Positions 47,036-58,605 of a DNA stretch of 64,000 nucleotides are shown piece after piece (position 1 is the first letter of the stretch; every line of letters starts with the position of its first letter). Source of the stretch: Nemertoderma westbladi (Eukaryota; Animalia; Xenacoelomorpha); assembly GCA_032718475.1 (NCBI GenBank), contig JAUCBJ010009156.1, positions 25,493-89,492 on the forward strand, in the 5' to 3' direction. The notes below the pieces were generated by a model that saw nothing but the letters and a program-made list of their open reading frames with translations, ran no database searches and was not told where the DNA came from. The position numbers and the translations under genes were made by a program.

Positions 47036-50000
47036 ATGCCGATGTACTTCCAAAATCCTAAGAACGCTCTGCGACGGGCCAATGAATTCAATGTTCTTGA
47101 TAAGAAGCAGGCGGCACTGGATGTTCTGTACGAAGTAATGAAGAGTAAACGACATCGTCAATACAGCAATGATTACCACCCCGATATAATGAAACTCTAT
47201 ATAACTCTTTGCGTCGACTTAAAGAAAAGTCACATCGCCAAGGAAGGAATGTATCAGTACAAGATTATATGTCAGCAGGTCAATATTAAAGCTTTAGAGG
47301 AAGCGATTCGTTTCTACCTCACTATCTCCAAAGAGCGCACTGAGGCTGCTAAGAGTGCTTCCCATAAGTCTGTTCTGGATGCCGACGACGACTTAGACCA
47401 ACTGAATAGCTCGGAGGCGTTGCTAATGAGTGTAGTCTCTGGGGAGGACAGCCAAGACCGCAGCGATCGCCACATTCTGGTCCCCTGGGTTAAGTTCCTG
47501 TGGGAGGCGCATCGCCAGTCGTTGGATCTTCTGCGTAACAACTCGTCGATGGAGCGGCTTTATCAGGAGATCGCGCTAAGCGCCTTTAAGTTCTGCTCGG
47601 ATTACAACCGGAAGACGGAGTTACGTAAACTCTGTGATAACCTGCGTACCCATCTGGATGACGCGATTAAATACCAGTCGCAGCAAACTGCTATCAACCT
47701 TAACAACCCAGAGACCCAGCATATGTTAATGGAGACTCGTCTAGAGCTACTGGAACACTCAATCTCTATGGAGTTATGGCAGGTGGCGTTTAAAGCTACA
47801 GAAGATATACACAGCCTCATGCAGCTTGCTAATAAACCACAGATTCCCAAACTTCTAGCTATTTATTATCAGAAACTCGCCTTGGTCTTCCACAAGTCCG
47901 GCAGTCCCGTGTTCCACGCCTCCGCACTCCAACGATTATTCGTTCTGTCCAAAGAGATGAAGAAGAACGTCTCCAACGAGGAACTGCAACGCCTGGCTTC
48001 TCGCGTCATATTGGCTACGGTATCGGTTCCCTTGGTTACGCGACGCAGCGAGTTTATTCAGTACCTGGACATCGCCGACTCGCAGGACGAGAAGCAACGA
48101 AAGCTCGCGAATCTCCTGAGCCTCAACTCGTTGCCGACTCGCGGCTCCTTGTTACACGACCTCGAACGGTTCAACGTGCTCCAACACTGCCCCAAAGAGT
48201 TGCTCGAGTTGTATTCGCTACTCGAGAAGGAATTCGATCCACTGCGACTCTGCGTTAAAGTCGCCAACGTTCTCAACTACATCAGGGAGCAGAGCAACGA
48301 GGATAATGTTTCCTACATCCCGAATATTCAGTCGGTCGCTCTCAATAAACTCATCCGCCAGCTCTCCGAGGCCTATAAAACGATATCGTTCGATCGCTTG
48401 ATGGAACTCGCCCCATTCGCCAATCGGTTCGTCTTAGAGAATATTATAGTTGACAGCTGCCGGGAAGGGGAGGTCCCCATTCGGTTAGACCACAGGACCA
48501 GGAGTTTACACTTCGGTAAGGAGTTGTGCGTCTCCCAGCAACCTGAGAATCTCCGCTCTATCGATAATTATAACCTCCAGCCGATGGGTTCTGAGTTGCT
48601 AAGGAACCAGTTGGTGAAGACTGCGACCGTGTTGCAGGACGCCGTGGCGACGGTGTTGCCTAACCGACACCGAAACGAGAGGGCTCTCGCCAAGGAGGCT
48701 GCCTTGCGTACCTACATACGGAACATGAAACAGGAGCACAAAGAGATACTCCAGAGGAAACATCTAATAGAGAAACGGAAGGAACACATCGAGACGATTA
48801 CGGAACAGAAAGAGAAGGAGGAACAGCAGATAGCTGATGCTAAAGCTAAAGCATTAGCCGAGGAAGAGAAGAGGAGACTAGCAAAGGAACAGGAAGAGAG
48901 AGAGAAACAGAAGATCGTGGAAGAAAGACAAAATTTAAAGAAGCAACAGGTGCAAGAGAAGTTAGAGCAGCTAAAGAAAACGGCGCTGGGTAAGAAAGCA
49001 TTCGAGAATGTTAAGGTTGAAGAACTACAGGAAATGGATCCGGATGAGATTATGGCGAAACAAGTTGAGCAGTTCGAGAGAGAGAAGAAAGAGTTGAACG
49101 ATAGACTCAAAGCGCAGGAGAAGAAGGTTGATTACTTCGAGAGAGCCAAGAGATTGGTCGAGATTCCCAAACTACAGGTGTTGTTCGCTGATAACAAACA
49201 GAGGGAGAAGTTGGAGTGGGAGAAGTCTGAGGAGACTCGGATACAGAAGGTTGTGGAGGAGCATCGTATGGGGGTGAAGCAGAAGGAGAGGATGTCGAGA
49301 ATGTTGGAAGACAGTCGGGGGTTCATCGCGACGCTGACCGCGGCGTCAAGCGAGTCGTATGAGAAGGAAGTCGAGGTGTTCGAGGAGAAACTGAAAGCGG
49401 CACGCGCGGAACGGTTGAACAAACGGAAGGAACAGCGGAAGGAGGAACGCAAGAACAAGTGGTTGTTGGAGAGAGAGGAGGAGCGACAGCGGCGACGAGA
49501 CGAGGATGCGAAGCGAGAGAGGGAGGAGTTGGAGAGGATAAAGGAAGAGGAGCTGAAGGCGATGGTTGCTCAGCAACGGGAGGAAGAGGAGATGAAACAG
49601 AGACAGCGAGAAGATGAGCTGAGGAGGAGTGAGGAAGAGGCTGCAAGGCGTCGAGAGGAGTCAATGCGTCCGTCGGAACGGGACCAGTGGAGGACCCCTG
49701 TGGAGAAGGTACCCGATACCCAATGGAGGGGTAACGTCGTCAGATCGCCGAGTAGGGATGCGGATTATGGGTCGCGTGACCGGGATTATACACCACATGA
49801 CAGGGATTATCCCCCCCGTGAGAGGGATTATCCACCTCGTGACAGAGATAATCCCCCTCGGGAGAGGGAATATACACCTCGTGACAGGGATTACCCGCCG
49901 CGTGACAGGGATTATCCACCTCGTGACCGAGATTATCCCCCACGTGAGAGGGATTACCCTACTCGTGACAGGGATTATCCTTCGCGTGACAGGGATTATC

Positions 50001-50539
50001 CTCCTCGTGACAGAGATTATCCCCCTCGTGAGAGGGAATATACACCTCGAGACAGGGATTATCCCCCCCGTGAGAGGGATTATCCACCTCGTGACCGAGA
50101 TTATCCCCCTCGTGAGAGGGATTACCCTACTCGTGACAGGGATTACCCTACTCGTGACAGGGATTACCCTTCGCGTGACAGGGATTATCCCCCTCGTGAG
50201 AGGGAATATGCGCCTCGTGAGAGGGATTACCCTCCCCGTGACCGGGGATATACTCCACGCGACAGGGATTACGCGCCACGTGACACGCAGAGGAACTACC
50301 CCCGGGGTGAGCGGGATTACGGAGAGTTCCGTCGCGAGGAACCACCTCGGGATGGGTGGAGACGCGACGAGTCGGGGGGAGGGGGCGGGAGTTGGCGAGC
50401 CGAGAAGCCCACCGGAGGTACAACCGGTGGGAGGGACGAGTGGAGGAGGAATGAATACCCGTCGTCGACAAAAGAAGAAGTAAGTAAACCGAAACGTAGT
50501 GATGAAGACGAAGACGGCTGGACCAAAGTTAAACGATAA
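47036..50539 (+). CDS. EIF3A: Eukaryotic translation initiation factor 3 subunit A (1167 aa), single coding exon
   Basis: MPMYFQNPKNALRRANEF start, LCVDLKKSHIAKEGMYQYK, PWVKFLWE, LDLLRNN, ELRKLCDNLRTHL, PCI region, coiled coil QEKKVDYFERAKR, R/D-rich repeats and a DGWTKV end. A possible 5'UTR intron acceptor (TTGTAG) lies at ~47017. Confidence 0.97.
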   Translation: MPMYFQNPKNALRRANEFNVLDKKQAALDVLYEVMKSKRHRQYSNDYHPDIMKLYITLCVDLKKSHIAKEGMYQYKIICQQVNIKALEEAIRFYLTISKERTEAAKSASHKSVLDADDDLDQLNSSEALLMSVVSGEDSQDRSDRHILVPWVKFLWEAHRQSLDLLRNNSSMERLYQEIALSAFKFCSDYNRKTELRKLCDNLRTHLDDAIKYQSQQTAINLNNPETQHMLMETRLELLEHSISMELWQVAFKATEDIHSLMQLANKPQIPKLLAIYYQKLALVFHKSGSPVFHASALQRLFVLSKEMKKNVSNEELQRLASRVILATVSVPLVTRRSEFIQYLDIADSQDEKQRKLANLLSLNSLPTRGSLLHDLERFNVLQHCPKELLELYSLLEKEFDPLRLCVKVANVLNYIREQSNEDNVSYIPNIQSVALNKLIRQLSEAYKTISFDRLMELAPFANRFVLENIIVDSCREGEVPIRLDHRTRSLHFGKELCVSQQPENLRSIDNYNLQPMGSELLRNQLVKTATVLQDAVATVLPNRHRNERALAKEAALRTYIRNMKQEHKEILQRKHLIEKRKEHIETITEQKEKEEQQIADAKAKALAEEEKRRLAKEQEEREKQKIVEERQNLKKQQVQEKLEQLKKTALGKKAFENVKVEELQEMDPDEIMAKQVEQFEREKKELNDRLKAQEKKVDYFERAKRLVEIPKLQVLFADNKQREKLEWEKSEETRIQKVVEEHRMGVKQKERMSRMLEDSRGFIATLTAASSESYEKEVEVFEEKLKAARAERLNKRKEQRKEERKNKWLLEREEERQRRRDEDAKREREELERIKEEELKAMVAQQREEEEMKQRQREDELRRSEEEAARRREESMRPSERDQWRTPVEKVPDTQWRGNVVRSPSRDADYGSRDRDYTPHDRDYPPRERDYPPRDRDNPPREREYTPRDRDYPPRDRDYPPRDRDYPPRERDYPTRDRDYPSRDRDYPPRDRDYPPREREYTPRDRDYPPRERDYPPRDRDYPPRERDYPTRDRDYPTRDRDYPSRDRDYPPREREYAPRERDYPPRDRGYTPRDRDYAPRDTQRNYPRGERDYGEFRREEPPRDGWRRDESGGGGGSWRAEKPTGGTTGGRDEWRRNEYPSSTKEEVSKPKRSDEDEDGWTKVKR
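49770..50285 (+). repeat. Coding 21-bp repeat (R-D/E-R-D-Y-P-P heptad, ~24 copies) in the eIF3a C-terminus
   Basis: Visible in DNA and protein. Confidence 0.9.
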
Positions 50540-51143
50540 ATAAACTACCTTATTAATTATCTGCAGGACTTTATTAATGTGGAATAGCATTTGAGGTGCT
50601 CGGTGTTTACAGAAGCAGTTAAAAAGAGTCGAGTGTCTATCATTACTGTTGCTAAAGGTACTAATTTTGTTATTAACAATTACCTAGAATGTTCTGGTTC
50701 ATCTGTATGTAGTTTCTCACTGGTCTTCTTAATATATCCCCTTGGTGGTTGGTGGCTGTTACAGTTATTACAATCGGTTACTTTTCAATTCGTATTAATT
50801 TAATGTGAAAATTGGAACTTAGGAAACAAACAATTATTTCAAATACAAATCAATGATATAATATGTTATGTAATATTAGTGGTTGTTTGTTTGCGTTGCG
50901 ATAATTATTCATTATTGTTTACGTCATTAATAATGGTCGTCATTTATCGACCTACTGAAAAATAATCATTTATTTTAACAGAAAGAAACACAAAAAAACG
51001 ATTTATCTTATGTACTTGAATTAAAGATAAAAAAATTATTTTGAAAATACCGCTTATACTAGTACTTATTCCACTATAAGCGCTATCAAACAACATGTAA
51101 CCGACGCTGGAGCTGCTGGGAACTTCCCCAATCTCCATACCTA

Positions 51144-53720
51144 CAGGGTGTCGAACGACCAGGAAAAACCTGGAAAATTCCTAGGAAAAAATATCATGTA
51201 ACCGGGAATTTTTCATATTTTAAACAACATGTTCAAAGTTAGTAAAATAATTATCGATTTTTAATTTATTTTTATCTATTTACTATTTATTTATTAAAAA
51301 TTAATTTAAACCATATTCCACCCGTTTTATCAAAGAAGGCAGTCGTTAAAAAGAGTAATGTTAAAAAATGCTAAAGATAATACTGTTAAAAAAAAGTACT
51401 AATCAGCCACTACATAGGCCACTATTAAACAACACACATGTCAATAAAATAAACCACACAAATAAAAGGTATTGGGGCAGGGTTGTGCTCGTAGATTAAA
51501 CAAGCCTTTTATGGATAAGAAGTTTTTTATTGATAAACTTGTGAATTGTTGCTAAAACTTTATGCTAAAACAGTAGACAGGCTGAACGATGAGATAGCTG
51601 AGCTAAATCGACTCTGAGTTTAGTATTTAATAAAACATACTAACTTGAGAGCTAAAATTATAATTCAATATAATGCACATTATTATTATATAATTATATT
51701 ATGCAATTAAATTGAATACAATAAAATAATATTTACAATAATATTTTGTACATAAAATTTTTTTGACAACATATAATTTGATAGGAAAGGTTAACATAAA
51801 TTTAGTTGAAGTGGAAATCAAAGATAGATTTTATTTATACATTATGTAAAAACAATAACAAATACACCAAACAATGTACCGGTATAAAGGTATTGTCCAA
51901 CATAACATATAGGATTACCCCTAAAGCTTTGCAGCTTATTTCCAAGGGGGTCCTTTATGTTACTTGGTTACAAATACAATATTACACTACGCTAACCTAA
52001 AACCAATATAAAACGTAATTACACTATGTACATGTACAACTTTACCGAGAGCGTGACAATGCCCGACTCAACGATAAAGATGTAATTAATGTACAGAACA
52101 ATTTATTATAAAACGTAATTACAGTATAAATAGTAAATAATTAATAAACTAATAACTTACTGTAGGACTATTGTACCTATTTTTACATTGCACACGGAGA
52201 TGAGATTTAACTGCAGATTTAAAAGAATGTTGATTATTTAGGTTTTTAATTTCATTAGGCAGAGCGTTCCAATTTTTTATGCCGTTAAAAAAGAAAGTAT
52301 CAGATTCAAAGGATTTACAATTCGGGAGGTAGAAGTTTGAAGCACTAGCTCTGGTACTGTAAGAGTGTGTATCGCGTACTCTGTTGAATTTTTGTTTTAG
52401 GTAATTGGGACATTTACCATTATACACTTTATGCACATGGTTAAGGCGTAGCTGCTTAACTCTACTATCTAAGTTAAGTAGTCCAGATTCAGAAAAGTCA
52501 TCCGGAGTTAGGTGGTGCCTAGGTTTGTAGTCTTTAATAAATCGTACTACTTTATTCTGAGCTACTTGTAATTTACATTTAAGCTGTTTGGTTAAGCCTT
52601 CATACCAAGAAGAGCACGCATAGTCCATGTGACACTGTATTAAAGAAGAGCAAAGTAACTTGCGGGAGTCGGTGTTCAAACTATTTTTATTTCTGTATAG
52701 AAACCTAAGCCTACTGTTAACTTTCGAGAAAATATTTTTCACTGTACTTTCTCCTGATAAGCAGTTATCCAATGTGGCGCCTAAATATTTAACTTCCTTT
52801 TTATTTGCAATCTTATGTCCATCACTAGTGACTTCAAACTTAGTTACCTTCTTTAACTTTCTTTTGGAACCAAACAAAATACTTTCAGTCTTACCGTAGT
52901 GAATGGATAGCTTATTATCAACCAACCACTCATTACAGGATTCTAGAACTGCACTTAACTTTTGGGAAATATGGATAGGATCTTTATGAGAGAAAATAAG
53001 GGCACTGTCGTCGGCATATAAAATGAGTTTAAAATCGGGATCTATACTACTTATCATATCATTTACATAGCATACAAAAAGCAGAGGACCTAATATACTA
53101 CCTTGCGGTACACCACAGGTAATCTCTTGTACAGTAGACAGCGATTTGCTAATGACTACAGTTTGACCTCTGTCTGACAGGTAGGACTTGAACCAGTCTA
53201 TAGAACCTACACCCATCAGGCCTAACTTACCAAGCAGAATTTCGTGATCTACAGTATCGAAAGCCTTTTGTAGGTCCAACATTACCATACCAGTATATAA
53301 ACCCTTTGCGTTATTACATCTAATTGTATCAGTTAAGTTAATAAGGCAGGTGTCTGTAGAATATGATTTACGAAAACCGGACTGAAGTTCATAGATCAGA
53401 TTTAGCCTACTAAGATGTGCCTCCAGCTGTAGAAAAACAGAACGTTCTAGAATTTTAGATACAATACTTAAGATACTAACAGGTCTGTAATTACAGGGTT
53501 CTACTTTACTATTCTTTTTATACAGAGGAACAACCTTAGCTAATTTCAGTTCGTCTGGTACTACATTATCTACAATAGAGTAATTAATAATAAAAGTAAT
53601 TAGATATAATTAAAATATAATATGTTTTTATGTATTACATTATGTCATCTAAACCGGGAAAATTCACAAATGAATCTGGGAAAACCGGGAAAAATAATGT
53701 CAAAATCGTTCGACACCCTG
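51144..53720. mobile_element. Non-autonomous DNA transposon with 15-bp TIRs and 5-bp TSD, carrying a nested LINE
   Basis: CAGGGTGTCGAACGA / TCGTTCGACACCCTG, with ACCTA on both flanks and subterminal GGAAAA repeats. Confidence 0.8.
51815..53600 (-). mobile_element. 5'-truncated LINE (L2/Crack/CR1-group) with an open RT frame and 3' UTR
   Basis: Frame open from ~53600 to the stop at 52149: [56 protein letters not shown]. The 3' UTR has a GGA..TGGAAATAAG stem-loop. Confidence 0.92.
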
Positions 53721-54640
53721 ACCTACGCTGTATTTGTTGACTTTCGTAAGGTGATTCACCCAATAAGTGTTGAAATCCAAACCACAAATTTGGAATTGAA
53801 GGAACAACATTAGAATATTCGACGGTATAAACTCAACTAAACTCATCCGGCAACTCTGTGGAATTCTACAGGGAGACGAGAAGTTAGACTAGCTCAAATT
53901 GAAAAGTTTATATACAACGGTCACAAGTTATAATAAAAATATCAAACGATTATGAATATTGTTTAGGATTGGGTGTAGGCCTAACTCTACAATCTACCTT
54001 GCGTTTTACGCAGCAAATCAAATCGAAAAATAAATTGGTTTACAGTACTGTATCATTGGATCGGTCAATCAACTACCACTGATATCCGTGGAAACGGGTT
54101 TGAAAATATCTAATGAAGATAGCACCCTTCGGTTCCTATACAATTCTGGAATTAGGGCGATTCGTCCTTCTACAAACCCTAAAGGACATTGAAATCAAAT
54201 TATCAAACGTATCATCAATATCAACTCGGACTTCACACCTCGGCGTCCCCTGCACTAGCCCTCCACCTCGTAGACGAAAAAAAATTTCATCATTTGTGCA
54301 CAATGGCATCATGAAATGACCCTATGATGATTATTTTTATAAATTCTTATGTTCGAAGATTGTTATTTAAAAAAACATATTTTTTGCCAGATTATATTTA
54401 CACAAATTTACTTTTATTTCAGCTACAACGAAGGGTATTAAAAACGTGGTCATAGGGGGTGTTAAGTATCACCCAGTCATCATTCATGCCAAATATCACA
54501 CAAATTTGTTCACTTTTGGAAAAGCCTTATTTGCATTTTTAAATTTAAAATGTGCATTCTTCAGAAAACGCTTACACTGTAAAGTTTAAGGTTAGGGTAA
54601 TTTAATTAAGTATTTCCAATAAAATGTTAGAATGCATATT

Positions 54641-54921
54641 GTTCCACCTTGGTGTAGTGGTTGCATTGAATTCACATCTCCTGTAGGTCGTGGGTTCGAT
54701 CCTCACATGGGCCAGGGCAGTTTTCGTTTCGGCACGTATGCTTTAAAGGGACCAGCCAGGGCGCATCTCTGCCTTGCATCCTTAAGTGGTAGCTAAATGA
54801 GTACTGGAGTTTCCTCTGGGGAGTAAAGTTCTGGGGGGACCGCACTGGAAATAAGTCGTCAGACTTTGTGCGTAATCCCTGGCCTAGCGGCCAAAGAAAA
54901 TTTACTTTTTTACTTTACTTT
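54641..54921 (+). mobile_element. tRNA-derived SINE with Nin/Deu-like central domain and LINE-derived 3' tail
   Basis: A box TGGTGTAGTGG, B box GGTTCGATCC, central GCCTTGCATCCT...TAAATGAGTAC, tail GGACC..TGGAAATAAG..TAATCC, and a (TTTAC)n end. Confidence 0.8.
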
Positions 54922-54924
54922 GCA

Positions 54925-55535
54925 CCCAGTTGAAAATTGTGTTGTAAAGCTTTTCCGGGTCGGTGATTTAATTTCCTGAAGTCAGTTTTCACATTTGACA
55001 GCGTAATTTATCTGTTTGTCAGTCAAAATATAACCATAACTGCCAGTTGAACAGACAATGTGGACGATGTCAAACATGAAAACTAACATCGCAAATGAAA
55101 TCCCCAACCATGAAAACCCCCATAACAAATTTTTTAGCTAGTTGGTATGCTTTCCTATTACTTTGACAGACAGATTTCCGGGCAGACAGAAAAACGAAGA
55201 CAGACAGACATAGTACATAGGTTTTGATAAAAGTACAAACTGACATCGGAAATTAAATTCAGCAACCAGGCTAACCCCCATAACAAAACTTTTAGCTAGT
55301 TGGAATGTGCTTTCCTTACAGCCTTATATATTGACAGACGGACATACAGATAGACAAAATACTGTAGACTTCACTAAAAATTAAAACTGACTGGGGAAAT
55401 GAAATCAGCGACAAAGAAAACAACAACGAAACGTTTTAGCTACAGTAGTTTGTATGATATTATTATATTTCAACAGACAGATCGTCGGACAGACAGACAT
55501 AGATATATTTTACAGAGTTTTCGTTAAAAGTGACC
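54925..55535. repeat. Degenerate ~150-170-bp tandem units with GACA microsatellites (Helitron/HINE-like repeat)
   Basis: Three diverged copies of AAACT.ACATCG.AAAT.AAAT....TTTTAGCTAGTTGG...GACAGAC, plus an inverted copy at the left. Confidence 0.45.
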
Positions 55536-55927
55536 CCCTCCCCCCCCCCCAATATCTTGTGATGGAGCATTGGATTGACAATCGGTACCGGTATTCAGAA
55601 TACGGAAAGTGAAACAGTGTGCTGACTGCTGATTGATATGTATCTGTGTACCGGGTTCACGGATAAAGCCTTATCATTGTACAGGCGGTTTATAAATAAA
55701 ATTATTATTATAAACCAATGAAATGCCTATTATATTTAGTGGTACAGTATATTCGAAATTTCTAGCAGAAACACTAACACCACCCACAGTCAGAACTATG
55801 TTACAGTTACAGTTCAATGACAGTATTTCACTACCGGTACTAAATGCACGGGTAGGCAAGCATAGTTCCCGACTGATTGATTGAGTGTACTCTTGCAATT
55901 ATTATTAACCTTATATTATTGTCAATA

Positions 55928-56476
55928 ATGCCTCAAGAGTTTATGGTTGCGAAATGCAACCAATTCCAGTGCTCCGTATACCAGGTACACCAAGTCGGTA
56001 AACGTAAATCGTTTCAGTGCAAAATGTGCGGTAACAAACAACAAATTAAACAGGTGTTCTACCAGGGGAAGGCTGCTGATTGCAGAAGTCACACTCAACG
56101 CCTAAATATGATGAGAGGGAATGCGGAGACCAGCCAGGACCTGGGTGATATAGACCCTACGCTTGACCCTCACCAAGCCATGACTTATTTCCATGGTAAC
56201 ACTGGCAGTTACGTCGTGGAGTCCAAGGAAAATATTATGTCAGTGTCTGCGACTACCAAACTCCCTTCCTCCAGTATACAACCAACGAACGAGTACAACA
56301 ACGATGAGGTTGCTGGAGGAAAGAAGTTAAATGTTTCGCCGGTTCCGGGAGAAAATGGTTCCGACTGTTTTCGAGACGTGGAAAGGAACCGTTCTGAAAC
56401 AGTTGAGATAAATAAATTCGCTTTTATGAAAGCGAAACCATGCAAACAGTTGGATACCGGTACTACAGATAATTAA
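55928..56476 (+). CDS. MRNIP: MRN complex-interacting protein (C5orf45 family)
   Basis: N-terminal zinc-ribbon motif C...C..YQVHQV.K...FQCKMCG.KQ......G.AADCR.H.Q.LN..RG. The first ATG of the frame is at 55928. A further 3' exon cannot be excluded. Confidence 0.88.
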   Translation: MPQEFMVAKCNQFQCSVYQVHQVGKRKSFQCKMCGNKQQIKQVFYQGKAADCRSHTQRLNMMRGNAETSQDLGDIDPTLDPHQAMTYFHGNTGSYVVESKENIMSVSATTKLPSSSIQPTNEYNNDEVAGGKKLNVSPVPGENGSDCFRDVERNRSETVEINKFAFMKAKPCKQLDTGTTDN

Positions 56477-56769
56477 GGTTGAAACTTGGTGAACGTTTGT
56501 TATAGAACAGAACCTTCAGCATTTTCTGAAATATGTTGCGTGGTAGGTGTTCTAATTCAGGGGATGGAATACTCCATTTCCGAGTTGAGAACGATACATC
56601 ACATCAACTGGTAAATTTCGTGTTCCGTTGTCAGTCTCAGTACTTATGGCAGCAACTTTGCAAGGCTCTTTAAAAAAAACTATTTTTATCAAGTAACTTT
56701 TTCTCCTTAATTCTTTTACAATATGATAGGGCTTACAAATTTTTGATATAATTACTTGTGGCACTCAGT

Positions 56770-56950
56770 TATTTTTTTTCTGGCATTTATATCTGGGATC
56801 TGGCATACAGTTTCCTATTATGAATTTTAATATCAGGATCATCATGAAATGTCTAGTTATGATATGTCCTAAATATTTAAACTGACTAACATTATCTAAA
56901 ATTATTCCGGCCATATTAAAAGACATTCCAATGTTATTTGCTTCCCGACG
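56770..56950 (-). mobile_element. Short LINE RT remnant
   Basis: LDNVSQFKYLGHIIT motif with frameshifts. Confidence 0.5.
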
Positions 56951-57079
56951 CCCGCTAATGAACTGGTCGTTGGTAGCAGTTGACAAAACTAGCTTCGGCT
57001 ACTGTCAGCTACTACCAGTGCACTATCAACCCTCAAAAACGAAGTCCTTTTAATGCAAATTTTTAAATTCTAAAATGCT

Positions 57080-57165
57080 TCAAGTTCGCGTGCTGCGCGA
57101 CGCCCCACGAACGCGAATTATATATAATAATACGTTCGTGGGCGTCGCGCAGCACGCGAACTTGA
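57080..57165. repeat. GC-rich ~33-bp inverted repeat with AT-rich loop
   Basis: TCAAGTTCGCGTGCTGCGCGACGCCC..ACGAACG / CGTTCGTGGGCGTCGCGCAGCACGCGAACTTGA. Confidence 0.8.
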
Positions 57166-58605
57166 GCACGTTCGAAACAAGTTCGATTTTATCTAGTCAA
57201 TAGTTTGAGAGATATTTTCCCGTATCTTTAAAAAATGTTGGAACTTTTTCTCTGGTATGCCCTACAAAATTTGGTTGAAAATGGTTAAAATCTTCAAAAG
57301 TTATTTACGAGTGAATTTTTCATTACAGACGGGCAGACAAACGGACATGAAATTTTGTCCTATTTACTAATTATAATTGTGCGGTAAGGCTCGCGCCCTG
57401 ACTGCGTGGCTCGCCCCACAAATCGAAAATATTTAAAACAATATAAATTTCAATTAACGAATATCCGCATTTGTTTAGTTTTTTAAAGGTAGTTATTTTA
57501 GTTTGGTTGCTACAACAGTTAGTTACAGTATATCACCTAGTTTTTGAGCTTCATGTTATGGATTGTGCCTCACTCAAACCTTTTCTATAGAATTCCAAAA
57601 TTGGTACCTGTCGGCTGGCATTATCTTTCCGATGCTTTGAATCATTTCATTGATACGATCAGTGATAGAACTCTCGGCTTGGATAGAGGACTCGGCACCG
57701 TCATGTAGTTAGCGTTACGTTTCGTTGCATTTCTCATGAGACGATGAACCAATCTCCATGTTGTACTGTACTTCCGGTCAAAGCTGCCTTTTATCTAATC
57801 GCATGGCTACAATATTCTTTAAATATGGAAATGTGCCATTCTCTCGGTTTTGTTATAGTTTGGTTCTATCGTGGAAATCATAATAAATCTCAGACTTGAC
57901 CTGGTATTTTTCTCCTCTTCTAATATAGCTTGAAAGTCGTAGACTTTCTTCCTGAAGTCAAGCTCCTTATTGACCAATACGTAGACATTATCAGCATTCA
58001 TGACTGAGTTGAGTGGTTCGAAATACCATAATTCAATTGCCCCAGGACCAAGAACTTGAATAATATTTATCAAACAGCTGAAGATTGTAGGCCTATAGTT
58101 TTTATTATGGTGCTGTACAATTATCTAAACCAGTGATTTATATGAACGTATCTGCGTGCGTAGATAATGTTCAGCATTATGTACTGGAAATGTCTACATC
58201 ATTGCGCCCATTTTCGCCTTCATGCCATATAACACTCTGTATATCATTATCGGATCGATTCTTGGTCTTGCCCACAGGCAGAAAATTATCAAGATAGACT
58301 CAGTCAACTCGTTTAAGAAACTGGATATCTTTAATGGATTCCAGAACAGGAAACATTATGATTGCCTGCCAGTCAGCTGATACAATTGATGTAAATCCAA
58401 CTGACCCTTGATTACTTTAACAGCACGATGCTTATGGTGGGTGTCTTCGAGGCACTCGTGCTACACCAATCGCTAGACGACTGGGGGAGGGGGGTGCTTC
58501 CTGGTAAAGATGCTCATTCGATTCAAAACGTATGCTTCATTTACTAATATTTTTAAGGAAATATTCATAGATCGGAATACTTCAACGTGCTTCGACAACT
58601 TCGAC

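Noticed and set aside
49629-50590. Alternative-frame and antisense ORFs (284 aa, 309 aa) over the eIF3a tail
   Set aside because: Shadows of the 21-bp coding repeat.
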